Shown piece by piece: positions 1 through 13,400 of a stretch of 64,000 nucleotides of DNA (positions within the stretch are counted from its first letter, which is position 1; each line of letters opens with the position of its first letter). The notes under the pieces were generated by a model. That model saw only the letters and a program-made list of their open reading frames with translations. It was not told where the DNA came from and ran no database searches. A program made the translations under genes and the position numbers. Source of the DNA: Nageia nagi (Eukaryota; Plantae; Pinophyta); NCBI GenBank assembly GCA_050084985.1, contig JBITNC010000001.1, forward strand, positions 123,380,001-123,444,000, given 5' to 3'.

Positions 1-3000
1 TTTCAATCATTAGGGTCCTTTTTCTAAAAACTAGCTATAGGAAATGAGTTACTTTTAGGTGAATCCTTAGATCCATACCTTTTTAATAGGAAAGGAGGTA
101 TATTCTACAGCCAAGATGGTAGTGTATCCTAGTTTGAAAAAATATACCCCCCTTTCCTAAGTTTTTATCTTAGGATATTAGTACCATTTTCCATTGGTAG
201 CAATAGAGTCGTGGCCAACATATTATTCATTACCTTTGTTACTATAGAAAGATATTAGCTTGGTGGTTGTAACAACTTCTACATTCTTTATCTATTATTC
301 TACTCCATGGAATATTGAACCTTAGATCTAATGTTGTTCCTTCCTCATCTTACGCACTCAGTTAGGTTTGGAATCTTTTTAAGAGGCCTATCTTGTACCC
401 ATTCATCTTCCCAAAACCTCACCTCTTTTCCATTACCAATACACTTGGTAGTATTTTCATTCTAAATATGTTTGAATATGATAGGATCTTTCCAAAAGGC
501 TAATCCATATTTCCTTAAGTCATCTTGAATGAATTTCAATCCCTCTAATAGATATTTATTTTGGCATATTTTGACAACTTTCCTTTCCTCACTACTACTT
601 ATTTTCCATGTTAATTTCCCTCTTAGTGTTATATTAAACCATTTCAAACTATGAAGGCCAAAACCTCTGTGATTCTTGGGTTTACATACTTTAGCCCAAC
701 TCACTACAATTACTCTTTTCTTTTCCTACATTTTGATCTAGAGGAACTTATTGCAAATCAAGTCAATTTAATCACATATACTAGTAATGATATCAAAGTT
801 AGAGGCATAATAAACATGCATACTTTGAAGTACCACTTTCACTAGTAAACATTTGTGAGCAATTGAAAGATTTCCCCCTTTCCAAAAAACTAGATTTTTT
901 TGGAATCGCTTTATTAGTGGCAACCATAAATTTTTCCCTAATGGACCTACAAATAGTGGCATATCTATATAGGTAGTTGGGAGGTCTTCAATCTGATAAT
1001 TGAAGATCCTATTAAATCTCCCTTTTCCTACTAATATTACTATGGATGAAGAATAGTTAGCTTTTATTAAAGTTGATCTTTTACTGAGACGCTCCTTCAT
1101 AGAGATGTAGGATCCTTAAGTAATTCCTTACTTCAACCATTGAAGCTTTTCCTATGATGATTGTATCATACTCAAATTGACTATGAGTACTTATGACTAG
1201 CATATCATAGGGATTAATATCTTTCATTTTACCAATCCTTTTTCCTAAGGCTTCTACCATTAGGATGAATAGATATGGAGAAATTGGGTTACTCTATATG
1301 AGCCCTTTTCAAACTGAAAGATGTTGGAAACCACTCCATTGATTAGAATAGATAAGGGGCCATAAATATACACTAATTAATATAAGATCTTTAGATTGTA
1401 AAAAATTTAAATTTCTCACATATCTTATCTATAAAGGTTCAGTCGACCCTATCATAAGCCTTTTACATATCTAGTTTTAGCAGAAACATCTCAATTTTTT
1501 TATGCAATTTGTTATACCTTGTGTATAACAATGATCCCATAAATAATATTTCTCCCTTGAATAAATCCTCCCTATTCCAAAGAGATAAGGTGATGGAGGT
1601 TCAACTTTAACATATTAACCATTATTTTAGTGAGGATCTTATATACCATATTACATAGATTGACTAGGTGAAACTTCTTGTAGTCTTTTACATCCAAGAA
1701 TTTGGGAATAAATGCCAAAAATGTAACACTTCAAGCCTTAAGGATTTCCTAAGAGGATTGGATTTCTCTTACTACCTAGGTGATCTCTATGCCCATAAGC
1801 CCCTAGAAGTTTTGAAAAAATTCTACAAGGAACCCATATGGACTTGGGGATTTGTTATGGGCCATAGAGAAGACTATGTTCTTGATTTTCATATAAGAGA
1901 AAGGTATGATGGCTTTCCAATTTTGCTCATTAGTCACCAAATTTAGGATATTTTTCAAAATATCCACCATCTAAGCATTGTGAAGTTTTTCTTCCATGGA
2001 AAACAACCATTGAAAGAATCTAACACATGGTTCTTTTATTTCCTTAATGTATTGCATGCATTTTTCTTAAGTAGTCTTAATTTCCAAAATCCTATTTTTT
2101 TTTATATGTTTGAAGGTGGTCATTTTCAAAAACCTTATGTTACGATCACCTTCTTGAAGCCATGTTATTATCGATTTCTATCTCCATTTCATTTCTTTCC
2201 TTGCTAAATTGTTATGAAGGTAGCATAACACTTCTTTCTCTTCCAATATAAGATCTTTTAACAATCCTATAGCTTCCATTCTCTCCCCAAATATAGGTAT
2301 TCTTACTTTCAACTATTACTTCTTTTCCTCAATTCTGCCAAATACTTCTCTATTTCAAACTTTGATCTATTTCTTCATATTTTGCAACTTTTTTGCAATG
2401 ATGAACATCATGGTCGTATAGATTGAAAGATTCCACTATTATCTGATCCTTTCCTCCAACTCCATATGACTCAACCACATATTTTCAAATATGAAGGGAC
2501 TATTCTTGGTAGCACAGCTCTTTATGTTGAGTAATACTACATTATAATTTGACCCTATTCATGGTAGAGCATGTAGTTGATATTTGGGGAAATCATGAAT
2601 CCATTCTTATGATACAAAAATCCTATCCAATCTAATCATTATTAGCTTCCCTACTATTTTCCTTTTGGTCTAGGTGTACTTGGTTCCATGGATTCTAAGG
2701 TCTGACAAACTCGTGTTAATTAAATAATTCTTAAGATCATTCATCCTAGATAATTGGGGCCCATTTAAAACTCCTCCTAACTTTTCCTCTAAGCATAATG
2801 GGGATTTTAAGTCCCCTATAAGAATCCATCTTTCATCATAATTTTTCTAGAGAATTTCTTCTAGGACTTTTAAAAATTTCCTTCTCTCCAATAGTCCATT
2901 TGGTCAATAAATATTTATGGTATTTAGTTGCTTTTTGGAAGCTTTATGGGTAAGATTCATACAAATGAAGTTGGTATTTACTTTCATAATAGATCCATCA

Positions 3001-4484
3001 AAGAGTTTTGGTTTTCATAAAGATAGGATTTCCCTTGCATTCCTCTCAGATGGGCATATGCCATCATCAATTGAGCCAAATTTCTTCACTTAACCATTTT
3101 ATTCTTGGCCTCTTTTACTTTTATTTCCTACAGGGACACTAAATCAAGCTTCTACTTCCTATAAATCTCTTGTAGAAGCTTGCTTTCTGAGGGGGTACTC
3201 AACCCCCTCATATTAAATGAGAGGAATATCATTGAGCACCCAACTTAGATGGTGCTCCACCCTCGAAGGTAGCCAAAGTACCTTTCTTACCATCTACTAT
3301 ATTCTTTACTATTTCCTTCATTCTTACCTCTTCTAGTGTTGGCCTTCCTTTTATCAAGCTTTTGGTAATTATATGTCTCTCAAGTTGAGTTTCCTTCCTA
3401 ATTGTGTCATTTGAGTTTGAGGGACTCTTTCTTCTTCTCATTTTACCTTCCATGTTCTACCATTTATCGTTCGGGTTTTGAAAATATTATCCCTTTGTAA
3501 TGATCATTGGATTATTATTCAAAATAGTGTTCACCTTATTATCATCTTGATCCTCCTCACTCATCTCATATCCCTAATTATGTTGATGAATTTCCCCTCC
3601 TTCAATACCTTGCCCTTCTACTACTTCCTCTGGTTGAGCCTTCTCTTATGGTTGTTTAGGTCTCCACTCCCTTTCTTGCAACACACTCTTCAAGCATGAT
3701 TTCAAAATATGACCAACTCGATTACATAGGGAATAGAGACAGTTATTTTTCTTATAGCATAGCTCTTGTTTGACATATCTAATTTCATCCTCTAATGTAA
3801 TTAAGTTTGGAAGTTTCACTTCAAACTCCACCATAACATGAAATCGTATCGTTACCATTCTTGATCGAGCTTTGGTCACATCATCCATTATTAGCAATCT
3901 CCCAAAAGATTTCCCAATTCCTTCGAAGATCTTCTTATGTAAAAAATCAAAAAGAAGGTTTGGAAGAGTTACGTAGATATGTGCTATTATTATTTATGCT
4001 TATAGTGGATTGAAACCAGACCTCCATCGTTCAAAAAATAATCTTGTATTACCAAAGAACTAAGATGAGCTCAAGATCACATTTCAATTATTTTTATTGC
4101 TAAAGGGGAAGAGCATATAGTCGTTAGGTAATGTAGCAATATCCAAACTCTCCAAAAGTTTCCATTTGAATTTTTTCCATTTCTAGATACTATCAATGTT
4201 CAATCTTGCTCCCTACATTTTTCTGATCAAACTTAGTCTACCTCTTTTCATTGTTTGGTTAGTGACTGCTCAAGGAATCTTAAGTTTTAATTTCCCATTG
4301 TTCGAAGTTGTAGCTCTTAACAGGAGACTAAGATCCACCTTCACCTCTTGAGAGAATAGTTCTCTCCAAGCTTTTCGATTCTCCATGTTATCTCGTCATT
4401 CACTCATCGTAGCTAAGGGGAATCATCGATCAAAGGGAAGGCGATAGAAGTGAAACATCCTAGCAAATTCTAAGGTTGGAGAGC
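1..4484 (-). mobile_element. Decayed L1-type LINE, copy A (ORF1 and ORF2; 3' part lies left of the window)
   Basis: ORF1 remnant ~3229-4386 has DUF4283-like text (LPNLPFDFLHKKIFEGIGKSFGRLL) and a decayed zinc knuckle (SLCNRVGHILKSC). ORF2 starts MIFLSFNMRGL (APE endonuclease) and has RT-region motifs (LPTTYIDMPLF; SWAKVCKPKNHRGFGL). Many stops and frameshifts. Confidence 0.93.
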
Positions 4485-4574
4485 ATGCCATTCTTCTTTA
4501 TTTTGAGAAGATGTATCATTCTACCATACATTTGAAAACTATTAAATATTTAGGATAAACATTATGAAGAATTT

Positions 4575-4652
4575 ATATCCATTGACTTGTAGGATTGAAA
4601 CCCATAACTTTTCAAAAGAGACTAGGAACCCTTACCGCTACACCAATACCTT
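4575..4652 (-). mobile_element. tRNA-derived SINE-like head (copy at ~20862-20935)
   Basis: Minus strand has an A-box TGGTGTAGCGG and a B-box-like GGTTTCAATCC at tRNA spacing, but no intact cloverleaf. Confidence 0.5.
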
Positions 4653-4999
4653 ACGATTTATGAATAATCCTTTTTTATGATGATAAACTTTAAATTAAAT
4701 TATTTTATAAAAATCCTTTTAATTATGAAATTATATAATTCTACAAATATAAAAAATTTGATTAAAAACAAAAAAAAAAAAATGTTTATAAACTAAATAA
4801 AAATACTTATAATAATATATTCATCTTTGAAAAAATATTAAACATCAACACAACCTAAAAAGTACACTGAACAAAGAATTTTCCTTAGAAAAGTTCAAAG
4901 ACATCATCCAACATTTAATATAAACAACATTTTCTAAATACGCGAAAAAGAAACCTATCATATTCCAACAAGCACTCTGATAGAAAGATAATAAACTTT

Positions 5000-5360
5000 A
5001 TGCTCTTGGATGGAATTTGTGTACTACAAGTATTCATTCCCGTAGTTATTTGGTAATTGATGAACATGGTGTCATGTTCTCCAATAATGAGATGGTGGGG
5101 TTTGAATTTGGGTCGTTTTAATGACAGTGGTGGGTTTCATTTTCAGTGTTGCCTATCATTCTTCTCTGTTATGAAAAAGAAGAGGTTCCAACCTGGTCGT
5201 TGCAGGGCCGTAAAGCTTCTGACAATGCAGGCATAAACATCTATGGTCACGGGTTGATGGAAATTGTGTATTCCCAGTCTTACTAACCTTGTTTGGTCTT
5301 TGAAAAGTCATACCATGGCCCCATGTTATTCAATAATTTAGAGTATGGTGGTCACCTTAG
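5000..5360. repeat. Relatively GC-rich dispersed repeat with internally repeated module (copy 21237-21565; homologous pieces at 40880-41170)
   Basis: Module catggy..atgtt.t.caataat..gag.atggtgg occurs twice here and again near 41000-41140. The words aggcataaaca and gatgg(g)aaa(a)ttg are shared with 40915-40950. Confidence 0.55.
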
Positions 5361-7181
5361 CATTTAAAATTAGTAATTGCAACTTTCTGTAATGGCTATG
5401 TAGAATGAAAAAGAAAGGACTTATTTTGTTTTTATCTTGTTAGTATTATTATTATTATTGTTGTTGTTAATATTTTTATTAATTTTTATAATTATTATGT
5501 TGTTATTATTATTAATTGTATTTTTTAAATGATTAAATTTACTTTAATAAAATACTAAATCATATAAAATGTATATGGTAGAAAAATTTATACTTTGAGC
5601 ATTTCGTGTTATATCAAAAAAGAAATTTTGGGAAAAGCAAAACAATCTTCACATTGTCTTTATACAAGGTACACTACCACCGTTATAAAATAATTATACA
5701 ATAAAAAAGGAGAGAGCAAAAATCCACTACTAACGTGATCCATCACATATGCATTTAACACATTAAAAAGAGGGTGAGGTACTAGCAAGTTGAACGTTAG
5801 CTAGCTAGCAGAGAAGTGGCTATCTTTTTAATAATTGTTGTGTTCACCATATCCTCATTATGCTTTCAAACATTGGAAGAGAATATTTGTATGATGGATG
5901 AATGAAACATTTGAACGATGGATGATGATAGTGAAATAGACATAGTTTTCCATTATTTATTATATTTAAAATTTAATATTTGAAATTTATATTTAAAATG
6001 TATAATTTATAATGTCTATTTAAAATTTAAAATCTATATTTATAATATAAGTTTACATTTAAATTTTAAAATTCAATATTTATATTCCATATTTATAATT
6101 TATATTTCAAATTGATAAAAAAAATTAAAATTAATAATTTATATTTAAAATTAAAGGGTTACAAGTTGAGTGCACATTTGATGGTCAACCATGAAAGGTA
6201 GTTGAGTAGGTCGTGGGGAAAAACATTTTGAGAATTTCATTGATGCCGAGACTCTTCCACCAAGTTATGCATGCAATGTGATACATCAAAACAACATAAA
6301 CTCTATTTGTTTAGTTGGTCATGTTGTGACCCATGTCGAGACAAAATGTCCCATGTTCAGATCCCACTAAAAATGATAAAATGTACTCCTTATAGTTGTC
6401 TCATAGACAACTTTTGATCTCCCAAAAATATTAATAAAATTTCTTTGTTATTATCTCTATCTTTCTTCTTCAATATTACAAGTCAAAAGAAGATCCTTAT
6501 TACAAAACGTGAACTTGTTACTTGAATCGCATCACAACCTCAAAAGTTTCATTTGCATCATTGAGTCTCCCTTTGACATCAATCCTAAGATTGTTCTGAT
6601 TCAACAATGAAGGTGAAACCCTTAATATCCATTCAAAGTTGTACAACATAAGATTGTGCTTAACTGATGATAAAACTCCATATTTAGAAATCTCGTTATC
6701 CAACACTTTCAGAATCTTATTCACTCCCTTCTAAGGACAATTGGTTATCCCTACAAGTCTCACGAGAAACACCTCATGATCCATCTACAAATATTTTCCA
6801 CCACCTTAAACTAGACTTATATGCACAAAATTAATAAATCTCTACTTATTATTTTTTTAAAAATGCATTCCTTTTGAAAATCTTATAGACACAGATTCTC
6901 ATATTAAGCCTATCTCCGTATCGGGAAAGTTTTCAAAATGAACTCAAAAGTGAAATCACAAAATAATCTTTATTGACATCTATTATAGAAATGGATATGC
7001 TCTAGACATTACAACAATCACAAGACTATTTACCATGGATTTGTGCCATAGAATGCTTCAAACTCAATAGGATTTTTAATATGCGAGTGCCTCAGCCCAA
7101 AGTGAGAGTCCTAATAGTATGTATGGATGTCTATTAAAGATTATTTTAAAATTTTATGCATTTGCTAATAGACATGTATAT

Positions 7182-8400
7182 TGAAGGAGGTGGGAACATG
7201 AAAGAGGTTTTGCAAATTAAAAACTCGAAGGATCTTGATGCACTTTCCTATTAAAAACATTGGTTATTAAAAACTCTTTTCTATTGGAAACCTTGCCTAT
7301 TACAAAAACTCTATTTTTTTGGTCAATAATAGAGCTTCTCCAGTGATATATAAAGTTGCTCTATTTTGTATGGTAGGGAGGGTGAGGAAGCATGCCACAC
7401 TCATGATTAGCATGAGAAAAAGGAGGCACGCCTAGAGGAAGGCATGTGTGGAGGTGATATGCTCCTTCTCCATATAGACACCATGGATCAAGAGAAGCCA
7501 AACCATAGATACAGAAAGCAGGTAGAGGGTCTTGATTAGGCAATTTGGCAAGCACATCGATTACCATATTCTAAATATAAATCCTAGAACATCCTACAAG
7601 GTAAGAATTCATAAGTGACCTAGAAGTTTGAAGAATTCTCTATAATGAAGGTATTGATGGCTTTGTGGATTCCCTAAATGGCTACCAAAAACAAAGTTGC
7701 TCATCTTTGGAAAAATTCTAGAAACTTGATAAGAATGAAGGAGAAAAGAGAAAGAGGGAGACATAGTGGGTCATTATCAAGTTTGGGAGTATTTTGGACC
7801 ACATTGATGGAGACACAAGGAAGGCTGGTGGAGAGGGCAGGTGTAGTGGGGAGTTGAAGGAGGAATCCAAGTAAAGGATCATTATGGTATGCAAATGCAA
7901 AGGAATTTATGGTGGTATGATCTATGGCATTAGGAATTGGAGGGGAATCTAAAGAGAATGGTATACCATCCATTATTGTGTCTAGCCATTATTATGTGAT
8001 CTGCCATCTTGAGGCCTTTCGATTTGCTTTCTACCTTTTGTTATACTGAGTTCATTATTACCATGCTAGATGCAGGTGGTTCCTTTAGTTATCTAGAAAC
8101 CACCTTCGATACATTTTGTTTTCAAAGAAAAATCCAAAGGTCATTTGTTGTTATTTTTATGTTTTTCATTTATTTATGTTTCTCTTTGTTTACAAATCTT
8201 GATTTGTAACTTTCTATTATGGTTTTAGAGGAATGTTATGGTTGTAGGGGAATAGGTTGCATATATCATTGACATAACTTTAATATTGGAGTATGTGATC
8301 TCCAATGTGGTAGTGGCCCAGAGTTTCACTTCTTATATAGTGAATGGATTCATCTAGCTAAGGGACTAATTGCCCTCCTAATAATTTGAGAAACCTACCA
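7182..8400 (+). mobile_element. Probable solo/degraded LTR (copy ~23410-24625)
   Basis: Starts TG (tgaaggagg), ends CA (cctacca), has an internal TATA (tatataaag) and LTR-like composition. No TSD confirmed. Confidence 0.4.
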
Positions 8401-8619
8401 GAATCTGATACACTTGTGCATTTTTTCGTATTATTTTTTCCTAATTAATACAATCATAAAGCTATACTACAAAAATATATTTGCAAAAGAATTTTTGCAT
8501 ATTAGTTTCATGAATATGAAAAAATGAATCATACACAATAGAATAGTTTTGTGAATATGCAAAAATATGGCCCAAAAAAACTATGTACCAAAAGCATAGA
8601 TTGACTAAGTGATGTAAAA

Positions 8620-8690
8620 TGATGTTACATGGATTTGAACTCGCATCTAGTATTTCAAAACCCAATGTTTTAACCAATATACCAACATTT
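8620..8690 (-). pseudogene. tRNA-Gln-like pseudogene or SINE head (copy at ~24845-24915)
   Basis: Minus strand reads tggtatattggttaaaacattgggttttgaaatactagatgcgagttcaaatcc: A-box, TTG in the anticodon position, B-box GAGTTCAAATC. Stems are decayed. Confidence 0.5.
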
Positions 8691-8913
8691 CATTGAAAAA
8701 TAGGCATTTCATTTTTATTTATTTAACCTCATATTTGATATTCACAAAACTATTCTTACATATTAGTTTCAAAAATACACATAAAAAAATCATAAAATAA
8801 TATATAGTGGGAAAAGATTTTTCGACTTGTCAAAAGTCCAACAAAATTTCATAGATTGTTAGGGGGGTGAAAAGTCCCTTAGCTAGACAAATCCTATAGT
8901 GAATGTAATCAAA

Positions 8914-9037
8914 ATGGGAACTATCATCTAATGGTTCAAGGTGGACATGAGATCTTGGAGGGATTCAATGACTCCAATTACTTGTATCCTTTTGTTATCA
9001 TATTGTTTATCTTCATCATATTATGTATCTATTATAG
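8914..9037 (+). pseudogene. CAT6/7-like cationic amino-acid transporter exon fragment, copy A
   Basis: Reads WFKVD..LEGFND..YPFVIILFIFIILCIYY then ag|GTTTGT donor. Resembles CAT6/7-type WRVEV.GL.EG(F/Y)N.LD..AV..IL..T...CYS. Confidence 0.6.
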
Positions 9038-10944
9038 GTTTGTGTAGCACATGTTTAGGTTCCTTATTTCTTATTTTATTTATTAATGTTGATATGTGTC
9101 TTTGTACACCTAGGATTTTGGTCTAAATGAACTAAATACACATAAATATTTAAGTATGTGATATGTAAGGTAATTAACATAAATAAAATATACATGAATA
9201 GCAAGAAATAAAGAATAACAGTGCAGTAATATAAACAAGAGTTTTATTGATGCCAAGATAAAATATGGAAGCACACACTAAAGAGATGAGATCAAGTGTA
9301 AGATAAATACTTATGTATCCTGACCTATATTGAAGTTGAATATATATAGGATGAACTTAGCAAAGAGAGATTACCTTGATTTGTAAACCCCATGACTAAT
9401 AGTAGAAAGGATTCTAGCATAGGTGCTAGGTCTTAGGAGCTCAACTCGAGCACTTACTTCAGCATAGGTAATAGGATTTCAGTTGAATGAGGTCCACCAA
9501 TAAGGATCAATAAAATAGATGTGTCAATAATTTGAGCCAAGTATATGATCGTGAAGATGGATGATAGATATTTACTTGAGTGATAACAAGATTCCAATCT
9601 CACTAGGTCATGTTTATAAGCACCTAAGAGTAGGGTATTGATAATTGAGATGTAATCTTGATATGCTTTCCCCAAGTTAGAGATACTTACATTTATATTA
9701 AGTGTGATATCTCCATTTGACCCCTTGTAAGAAGGTTGAAGCCTTATTAGTGTAACATAAAAATTAAAAATACAACCTAAGAAATATGTCATAATAAGGT
9801 ACAATATGATTAAAATATGATAAAGTATGATTAAATATGTATGTAATGTTACACCTAAGTGGGACCACTTTTATGTATCGATAAATTCCCAAGATAAATA
9901 CTTTTGTATCCTTACCTATGTCGAAGCTGAATATATGCATAACAAACTAATCAAAGAGATGTGACCTTGATGTGCGAACCCCACAACCAACAACATAAAG
10001 GATCGTAGCATAAGAGCTAGGTATTAGGAGCTCAACATTGATGCACACTTTAGCATGGGTGCTAGCATTTCAATGGAATAAGGTCCACCAACAAGGATCG
10101 ATAACAATAGATGTATAGAAAGCCAAGCCAAGCATATGATCATGAAGATGGATGATATATATTTGCTTGAGTAATAAAAAGATTCCAATCTCAATAGGTG
10201 GTATTTAGAAATGTTCAACAATAGGCTATTGGCTATCAAGATGTAATATTGATATGCTTTCCCCAAGTTAGAGATACTTACATTTATATCAAGCATGATA
10301 TCACTATTTACCCCCTTGTAAGAAGGTTAAAGCCATCTTGGTGTACCTAATATAAAAAGAAGAACACAACTTGAGAAATATGTGATAATAAGGTACAATA
10401 TGATTAAAATATGATAAAATGTGATTAAATATATGTGTAATGTTACACCTAAGTAGGACCTCATTTAGATGACCACTTTAAGTGTCAACAAATGCCCCCC
10501 TTTGCAAGTATAATGAAAAAAGAACTTTTGAAATGTAATTATGCATATAAAGGAAGTAGAAGGGAAGACAAGAAAAAATTGATACTTCCATGGTTTAATT
10601 GAAGAACTATCCAAATCATCAAGGAATGATTATGTATATTTCCCCCTTTTTGCCTTGGTTTTTAGATGTAATAGTTTGCATGAAGTAGAATCAACAAAGA
10701 GAAAAGAATAAATTGAAAATAAGAGAGATAAAAACACCAAACTCCAAGTATACATAAGATGGTTAACTTATAAAAGATATAGTAATATAGTGATTAATCA
10801 TCATAATATTTTATCATAAATAATATAGCAATAATGAAGAAAGGATGAAATTAATATAAGATGCATATATCATCTTGAGAACATCAAATACAAAAATACT
10901 CAATATTTAATTCTTATATGCATACATACAAGATCAAAATAATA

Positions 10945-11345
10945 ATGTTCATATCATCATGGGATACATAACCCACTCCTAGATGGAACATATGCAATCA
11001 AAATCATATATTTTGACAACATCAAGGGGTACATGCCCCATTCCTAGATGTGACATATGAATCATGAAGAACTAGCATGATGATGATTAGATTAGATCCA
11101 ACCAACAAAGGTGACTCAAAGTAATGATGGAGGTTAGTTTTGACCCAACCAAAAAAGGTGACTCCAAGAGAAATAGCATACATTGTCATGAGATACATGT
11201 AATTTTCCTAGATGTAGATATGATATGCTATCATCATCATGAGTTATAATCCTAATTCCTAGATGTGATATAAAGGTGATGGTTAGTTTAGACCCAACCA
11301 ACAAAGGTGACTCCAAGAGATGGTTGACTAGTTTGTTTCCCAACC
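10945..11345. repeat. Degenerate tandem repeats in the Gypsy 3' region (copy 27190-27580; related text ~43780-43890)
   Basis: Repeated catcatggg..acat..ccca.tcctagatg.gacatat and ggttagttt.gacccaaccaa.aaaggtgactc. Confidence 0.75.
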
Positions 11346-12589
11346 ATGTATGTGATTAAAGTACCAATGATAATCCAGATTGTATTGAATGATAGAAATA
11401 CTTCATGTATCTTACTCTTTATTTTGATGTATGCCTTTATATACCAATGCCATGTTAGCTTCAATGTTGGTGTTAGTTTAGGTGTTGTATGTTGGTGTTG
11501 TTACATTTGTAGTGTTTGATCTACTTGATCCATTTGATCATGATATTTTGATACCTGATAGAAGCTATTAAAGTATAAATTTTATGACAAAAGGGTTTGA
11601 CCTATCACAAACATGCACAAAATGCTTTGTTCTTTGACTAGATATCCATTTGTTCCTACAAAGAACCTTTTTCTTCAATATTAATTAGTCTTATATTAGG
11701 TTTTAGTTCACATTAAAGAGGAGGTGTCAATGTGTCTAGTGTGAGGTGATAGGTGTGAAGGAATGGTAGTGTAGATACTAGTGATTAGCATGGGCATGAA
11801 CATGAGTTCTAACATGAGGATTATGAAGGAAAATGTTATCCAAAATTTGGGCTAACTGTTGTAATTTTTAAGAAATTAGTAAAGATCATGATTTAAGAGG
11901 TGTAGTGGTGCAAGGTGACCAATGGTTATTGGTTATCTCATAAAATATATCCTATTTTTTATTTAAATAGGCTAAATTGGTGGTTCATTTTCATTTGCAC
12001 TATGTGAATTTTGAGCTCTAGTTTAGGCTAGTTAGTGTGCTCATTATGGCAGGATTAGTGGATTCCTTGGAGGTTTGAGTGATCAAGTAAGTATTTTATA
12101 TATGTGTATCAATGTATTAACTTGATTTGGGCTAGATTTACCAAGATTGTGGATCAATATAATCAATAGGAATACTTGCTTCATCATAATCATATTTTTA
12201 TTGATGTAGTGAGTGCCCAAGACCCTTATTTTATAATTATAATCCCAAGTTGTAAAAGGATGATACAAAATGGTAGAAATTGTTAGGATACCCTAGGGTT
12301 AGAGTTATAAGGTTAGGACTTCCATGATTGTACGATTAGTAGTGGCTTTTAGGAATGAAAGTATGTTTTTAGGCTATATCAAGGGTAAAGGTAATTTTCC
12401 CCTAATTTTAAAAAAATCAACCATGGAAAGCCTAGCATGGATGTTGGTGTGAGTGCAAACACTAGGTTGGTAGATAGGTTACTAGGTGTAGGGAGGGTTT
12501 TCCAAGCTATTATGATATTAAGTGTGTGTTTAGAAAAATAAAATAAAATTTTTCTTGCATGGTTTACATGAAATTGCAAAATTATTTCT

Positions 12590-13400
12590 CATGGAGCTAG
12601 ATCTTATATCTAGAAGCTGAAAATAACATATGAGATGGCTTGATAAGCTAAATAATGAGTTAGGTGTGCTTTTATATGTTGGTATGGGTTACCTATTGCA
12701 TGATCCCTATATAATTTGAACAAGGAATTACCCATATCCCTCATAGAGAGGTGGTTAGAAAATACCAGCACCTTCCATTTACCTACCAAAGAGGTCATTA
12801 TTCTCAATGAGTACATTCATAAGATCTTATGGATGCTCATAAAAGGGCATCCCATCTATCTAAATGAAAGCATGACCAATGCACATTGTAAAGGTTCGAT
12901 AAAATGGTTGATGGGTTTAGAGGAGTATCATGAAAGTAATAAGGATGCATACCTTCATCTTGCTTTTAGAGGTAAGATAAAGAGGTTTAGTCAAGTGTAG
13001 TTGATTATGGCCACATACATTGATAGCATTATATACCAAGATAAAAAGCATTATATGTTACCTCTTGGCTTGGTACATATGGTGTATTAGATGACACAAG
13101 GTGTAAGGTATGCATGGGCTCCCTATAACATTACCTAGATGTATCATGAATTACATAAATTTATCATGGTACAAAAGACCAAGAAGATGATTTCATAGTC
13201 ATTTGTATTACAGTGTTGGTTATATGACCACATATAAGTTAATTAGATAGGAAAGCTTTTAGTTAATAGCACATTGTTCAATAATCCTTCATTGTATTCA
13301 TGGGTGAGTAAGGGAAAGATGACATGGATCCACAAGAGTATGGAAGCATATTGGAAGGTGATACATGGACTTTTGTATGGTAAATGGTTGAATTAAATTC
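12590..13400 (+). pseudogene. Plant Mobile Domain (PMD, MAIN/MAIL-like) ORF remnant, antisense to the Gypsy, copy A
   Basis: ISLIERWLENTSTFHLPTKEVIILNEYIHKILWMLIKGHPI resembles PMD ALVERW..ETHTFHLP.GEMTITLEDV..ILGLPI.G; also has RYAW and LQCWLYDHI motifs. Confidence 0.85.

Noticed and set aside
6518-6724. 68-aa ORF as a gene or TE accessory protein
   Set aside because: No recognisable motif; the frame is disrupted in copy B.
8620-8690. Functional tRNA gene
   Set aside because: Stems are mismatched and the two duplicate copies differ freely.
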